64,000 nt of DNA. It comes from Owenia fusiformis. Taxonomy: Eukaryota. Position 1 is the stretch's first letter. Every line of letters begins with the position of its first letter. This document shows, one piece after another, positions 59,129 through 64,000 of the stretch. The notes beneath the pieces were generated by a model. The model was not told where the DNA came from, did not search any database, and worked only from the letters and a program-made list of their open reading frames with translations. The translations under genes and the position numbers were made by a program. Location: the NCBI GenBank assembly GCA_903813345.2, contig CAIIXF020000001.1:32116001-32180000 (forward strand), written 5' to 3'.

Positions 59129-60443
59129 GCCTGAACACATAACCACACATAACTGAAGACATGACTTCCAAGTTGATGTAAAACAAAACATTATAGTGAA
59201 AGAAAAAGCAAAAATTCAGAAATATAATTGTTCAAGGGATAATATAGTTCTAAGATGATAAAACCTGATCAGGAAAACAATTTTAAATGACTTGAAAGAA
59301 CAGATAACTTTTTCCGTGTTCACATGTTTGAAATCGGCCTGAACGATATAAGAGATAATAAATGATTATATATACTCTATAACAGGAACAATCTTTTTGT
59401 TATCTAATATGGTTGCCATGGTAACCGATATATCACTAACACACATATCTGCACAAGTTATCATTGAATGTATATAGGGTAAACTAGTAGCTTTCATTTA
59501 GTACAGTATTTATTATACTTTCATAATAAAGATTAGATTTTGAAACTCCATTTCAAGTTCCCTGTTTCATTATAAAGGTACATTTATCAGCACTTAGATT
59601 TTCAAATGAACAACTCCAGTAGACTACATTTATACTTTTCATAGTTATTATGCCTCATATTATATATCATAATGGAGCTATGATGTTAAATATTTATACT
59701 TTAATAAGATATCGTAAGTTAACCTCAATGATTTAATAAAATAATAGTTTGTATTGTTTAAAGTATTAAAAACCCATCCATTATTGAACAAAAAATTGGG
59801 TTATGACGTCACAGTTGATATGCAAATGAGCTAATTTGCATAATTTTGAACCAATCATAAACTTTGTTCCTTAAGCTTTCATTTGGCGTTAATATCATCA
59901 AAATCGGATAAAAAATGACAGAGATATCTCTAATAATAGAAATAGTCCTCATTAACAGTGGTGAAATTCGGTTGCCATGGAAACGGGCGTCTAAAACATC
60001 ATTGTCCCTCATTATGATTTAAAATATATTTTTTTTCACTGAAGGCATATATAAACGAAGAGATTAAGGTATGACACGTCCTTATATACTCTGAACTATT
60101 AATCTCCTCAAAATCTCATTTTCACTCCTCGTCTATTACTACAGCAACCACGAAACCATTAATACAGAATTAGATACTTTGGGTTATATTGTAATGTATA
60201 TATATATAAATGGATATAACACATTCTCTGAGAATTTCATGAGAATTAAAGAATGTTGAAATGGCAGACACAGCCACCTTTCTTTTGGATCACCCCTTGA
60301 ATTTATATTTCATTATTTTTATTTGATTCAAATACATGTAATATAAAACAATAATGCTCATGTCAATAATCGGATATGTTTTTAATTTTTCCATACTTTT
60401 TAGCAACATCATTTCAAGGTTTATCATGTTTATATATTTACAG

Positions 60444-60551
60444 CACTGTCATTCACTGGTGAAGCAGATGGCCAGGTTTGAGGCTGGTACTCACAATGAA
60501 ACCTGGCAATGTGAAGGATATTACAAAAGCATTCACACATTTCTCAATCAG
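60444..60551 (+). CDS. ABHD13: ABHD13 exon 6 (catalytic His: AGTHNETWQCEGYY)
   Basis: Matches GTHNDTWQCQGY as recalled. tttacAG / GTGAGC, phase 0-0. Confidence 0.95.
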
Positions 60552-60723
60552 GTGAGCAACATTGTGGATGAAGGAATATACCAATTGGGATGTACTTTTC
60601 ACCATTTTAAGATTAATATAAAGATTGGCAGAATTGGATTATTTTTGGAACTATTTAGACATGTTAATCCAGAGACATATGAAATATATATATGTCTCTG
60701 GTTAATCAAGCTTATATGTTAAA

Positions 60724-61065
60724 GTATCTCATACTTGAGTGGGTTTGGGGTAGATATCACCCGGGAATATATATCGTATCTGAGGAGCGGGCAGGATATA
60801 TTGTATATGTCCCGCTCCAGGCCAAATGCGGGCAGATATAATATATCCATCCCGCTCCCGGGAATTTTTCAAAAGTTTAAAAAAGTTTAAATATCAAAAG
60901 TATTAATTTCTTAATTTTAAAATTTAAATTTTTTAAGTTTAAATGTTACAATTTCATTGTATTGAACATAAAGAATATTACGAACATGTTCAATATGAAT
61001 ATCTTGTCATTTGAAAAAGGTGGAAAAGGTTATATCTACCCTAAACCCACTCAAGTAAGAGATAC
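60724..61065. mobile_element. MITE-like inverted repeat in ABHD13 intron 6
   Basis: gtatctcatacttgagtgggtttggggtagatat is inverted to atatctaccctaaacccactcaagtaagagatac. Confidence 0.55.
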
Positions 61066-61448
61066 ACCAGTTATGCACGGTTGGTTTGGATACATGGAAT
61101 ATCCCTTGGGATATACAATACACCTTCCCTCGATCCCTTCGGTCCCTCGGGAAAATATATTGTATATCCCTCGGGATATTCCCTGTATCCAAAACCTCCC
61201 AGTGCATAACCCCTATTTATCCATTAGTTGTTTATTCTTCTCAGTCTATCTAAAAATAATTTTTGGACAATGTATAGATCTTTCTATCCCAGCACAGGAT
61301 AAGTATGAGTATATTATCCAGTATGCTCTGCTAATGTATGTAGTTTATTAATAAAATGAAATATCTAAATCCATGATATTTGAGAAAATACAAAAAATTA
61401 TTTACTTATACACAGAATACATGTACTTTACGTTTCCATATTCTTCAG

Positions 61449-61532
61449 GTATGTAGTCACTCTGGTACCAAAGATGCCTTAAGAACCAATATAGAACCAA
61501 CAGGAACATATATCTCAATGGAACATATATAA
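61449..61532 (+). CDS. ABHD13: ABHD13 last exon (VCSHSGTK...MEHI*)
   Basis: ttcttcAG acceptor, phase 0, gives a 354-aa protein. Weakly conserved tail. Confidence 0.7.
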   Translation, partial: VCSHSGTKDALRTNIEPTGTYISMEHI

Positions 61533-64000
61533 CATGCATTAATTTAAGGATCATAATCAAGTGTACAGAGAGGTGATATCTCAAGACTGTCCATATTGCT
61601 ACCTGAAGCAATGGATGACGATGTGGCACAATGTGATATAATTATGCTCTCTGGAACTCTGACAGGCTCTAATTCAAGGAGCGGATTTCTTTTTTGCTTT
61701 GGTCCGTACATGTTGATTGACTAGACTGTGACTAGACTAGACCTACATGATTCTTCTTGTTACAAATGTTAAAATTGATGATTATATGCTACATTTTGTC
61801 AAAACTTAAAAATTCGAGAAGGTTGAAAAACCAAAAGTGTACATGTTTTTACAGGGCAAAGTCATAACATAAACAAACATTTGCATTCATGTTTGAAATT
61901 TCAAAGAACTTTTGTGCAATTAAAACTTATAATTTGATTTTTGAATATCGGAAAACTTTTTTATCTTAAATGTGAAATTAATTTTTAAATGAAATTTATG
62001 GTTGTTGCATGCTATATCCTTGATTTATGGGGAATTTAAAGACTATAGTATGAATGGAAATAGTTCCATGTATTATAATTTAGCCAGGGATTTGTTTAGA
62101 TTTTAAGTTTACAGTGGCAATTTTGCACTGCTACAAAACTTGGATTGTTTTAGAAGAAAAGTGTGATTACTTTTTTTATAATATTTAGTTTACCCCAAAA
62201 ATTGTCCTCTGTGTCATTGTTAAACTATTATCCATAAAAACTTGTGATACCATATGATTTATAATGTTAATAATTTAAAATTTTGTAAGATACATATTTT
62301 ATTTAATTTAACACTAAAGGAGGGGTAACATGATCTGAATCAAATGAAATTGAATCCAGCCTAATAGTAATGGATAATCTTATGCATTATGTTTGTATGC
62401 ATATAAAAAACTATTTGGATGTTTATCTTGTGTTTGTGTTAAAGGCCTCATATAAAGTTTAAACCACTTTGACTTATATTAGAAAATTGGTTGATAAATA
62501 AGTGAGAAATGATCTCATCCATGCATGAAAATGATTCAGAGAAAAATGTGTTTTAAAATTGTATTCCTCATAGAAATCAATGATACAGTAACATATAAAA
62601 CATAATGTAGTTTTCTTTTCAACCTAGTGTGGTAATTATCATTGGTTTTATAAGTGCAGCTTATTTAGAATAGATTGACAGAAAAAATTTCAATAAAATT
62701 GAGTATTTGGGAAATAAAAAGCTGACAACTTTTTTGAAAAATCTCGAAAATAACTCAAAATCAGGGAAAATAGTAAACTAATAATAGAAACATATTTTCA
62801 AACTTTGCATGGGGCCTTTAAAATATGCTAAATTATATACTGTACTTGTCTTGTAAGTGGCTGGCCATATTATGGGCATCCTAACCTTGTATTGTATAAG
62901 TCTATTGGTGGTATAAATCGCAGCCGGAGTTCTTTCAAACAATGAAAATTTAGCTCCCCAAGATTTGATGGTTTTGCCCAAATACACTTTCATTTGCCCC
63001 CAGGTTCTTCATTAAACACAGACTACATAAGCCAGAACCCATCATTTCTATGAACATGACATCAACTGTGTGATGTCCATTCAAAATTCAAAAATTTTGA
63101 GATTGAGTCAACATATTTGTCTTTTGTGAATACCCAGTTCAATTTGAATCATACTGAATTAACAGAACCAAAACCATATGAAACTATGCATAATGAATAT
63201 GTGAATATATTTACTGTATTCAAGATCATAGCAAAATGGCTGATAAAATGGTTTTGTATGACCATTGACGCATTGATATTTTACCATTTTCATACATTTG
63301 GCTATTTAAAATATAAAATTCATGATTTTGGTGTCTATTTTCTTTGATGTCAAATTGACCAGAGTTTCAGTATATTTGTGCATGCCGTAGTCAACTGTTT
63401 GTATTAAATTTTGAACTTGCATGTAATCTGCTATACTATCACTAATATTTATATGCACGACTCTATTTTCTAAAGATAGATATTTATTTTGAAATACAAT
63501 GTAAATAAAATATGTATACATATATTTAGTTCTGTGACTTTACACACAAGAAACATTGCAAAGTATCAAAATTAACATAGGACTGGTGTTAGGTCCCATT
63601 TCTAAACACTCAATTGCATAATTAATTGATTTTTAAATAGTACTTTTTTGGAAGTTTTTGAAAATGCAGTAGTTTTAAGGTAGATTTTGAAAAGATATGG
63701 TAGTTTTGGGGTAGATTTTGAAAAACTAGTTTTGCGTTTTGCGGTAGATTTAAAGAGCTGATTTTGCATAGGTTTTGACAATTTTCAATGAATAAATAAT
63801 AAAGTATGTTTTTCTAATACAGCATTCATGGAACTCTTTAATAAACAGACTAACAATTTGAACACTTCAGTGTTTTTATTACTACAATAGAACCTGTGGT
63901 ACATGAACACTGTGTTGACTGATTAGTACACACCAGCTTACTTTGCTAAGTACGCAATAACCAATGTCACAGACCTGCCGACACCTATTTATTTTCGGGT

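Larger units (their letters stand above)
49879..60135 (+). mobile_element. Academ (AcademX-type) DNA transposon, apparently full length, 3-bp TSD TTA
   Basis: tta|TAGGTGAGGAGTGAAA ... TTTCACTCCTCGTCTA|tta. Near-identical ~310-bp TIR core (49915-50224 / 59799-60108). Intact 1502-aa ORF. Confidence 0.85.
48608..60299. mobile_element. Old Tc1/mariner-like non-autonomous element split by the Academ insertion
   Basis: TA|caaggggtcatccaaaagtaaggtgactgt is inverted to acagccacctttcttttggatcaccccttg. Also 48845-48900 vs 60220-60272. Confidence 0.65.

Noticed and set aside
61533..64000. Further gene at the right end
   Set aside because: AT-rich, 3'-UTR-like or intergenic sequence with no convincing exon.

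Overview
AT-rich, intron-rich eukaryotic DNA. The repeat types suggest a lophotrochozoan such as a mollusc or annelid, but that is inference. Three spliced host genes can be rebuilt by eye. A GOLIM4-like gene lies on the minus strand (exons 11348-11174, 9441-9367, 292-243). It is head-to-head (160 bp apart) with a CABLES gene on the plus strand (11509-29931, at least 13 coding exons plus a candidate 3-nt microexon). ABHD13 follows on the plus strand (32487-61532, 7 exons, 354 aa). ABHD13 intron 5 is 23.8 kb and almost entirely mobile DNA. It holds a 44-bp minisatellite that amplifies the exon-5 splice donor, a very recent RT-less Gmr1-type Gypsy element with apparently identical 836-bp LTRs, a four-level stack of nested non-autonomous DNA transposons, and an apparently intact 10.3-kb Academ (AcademX-type) transposon. 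The Academ has TAG..CTA ends, a TTA target duplication, a 1502-aa transposase/XPG-nuclease/Cys-rich ORF and a 3.2-kb hairpin-bearing 49-bp higher-order repeat array. Many MITEs, foldbacks and Helentron-like elements fill the other introns. No rRNA, tRNA gene or true CRISPR array was seen. All family calls come from recalled motifs, not database searches.
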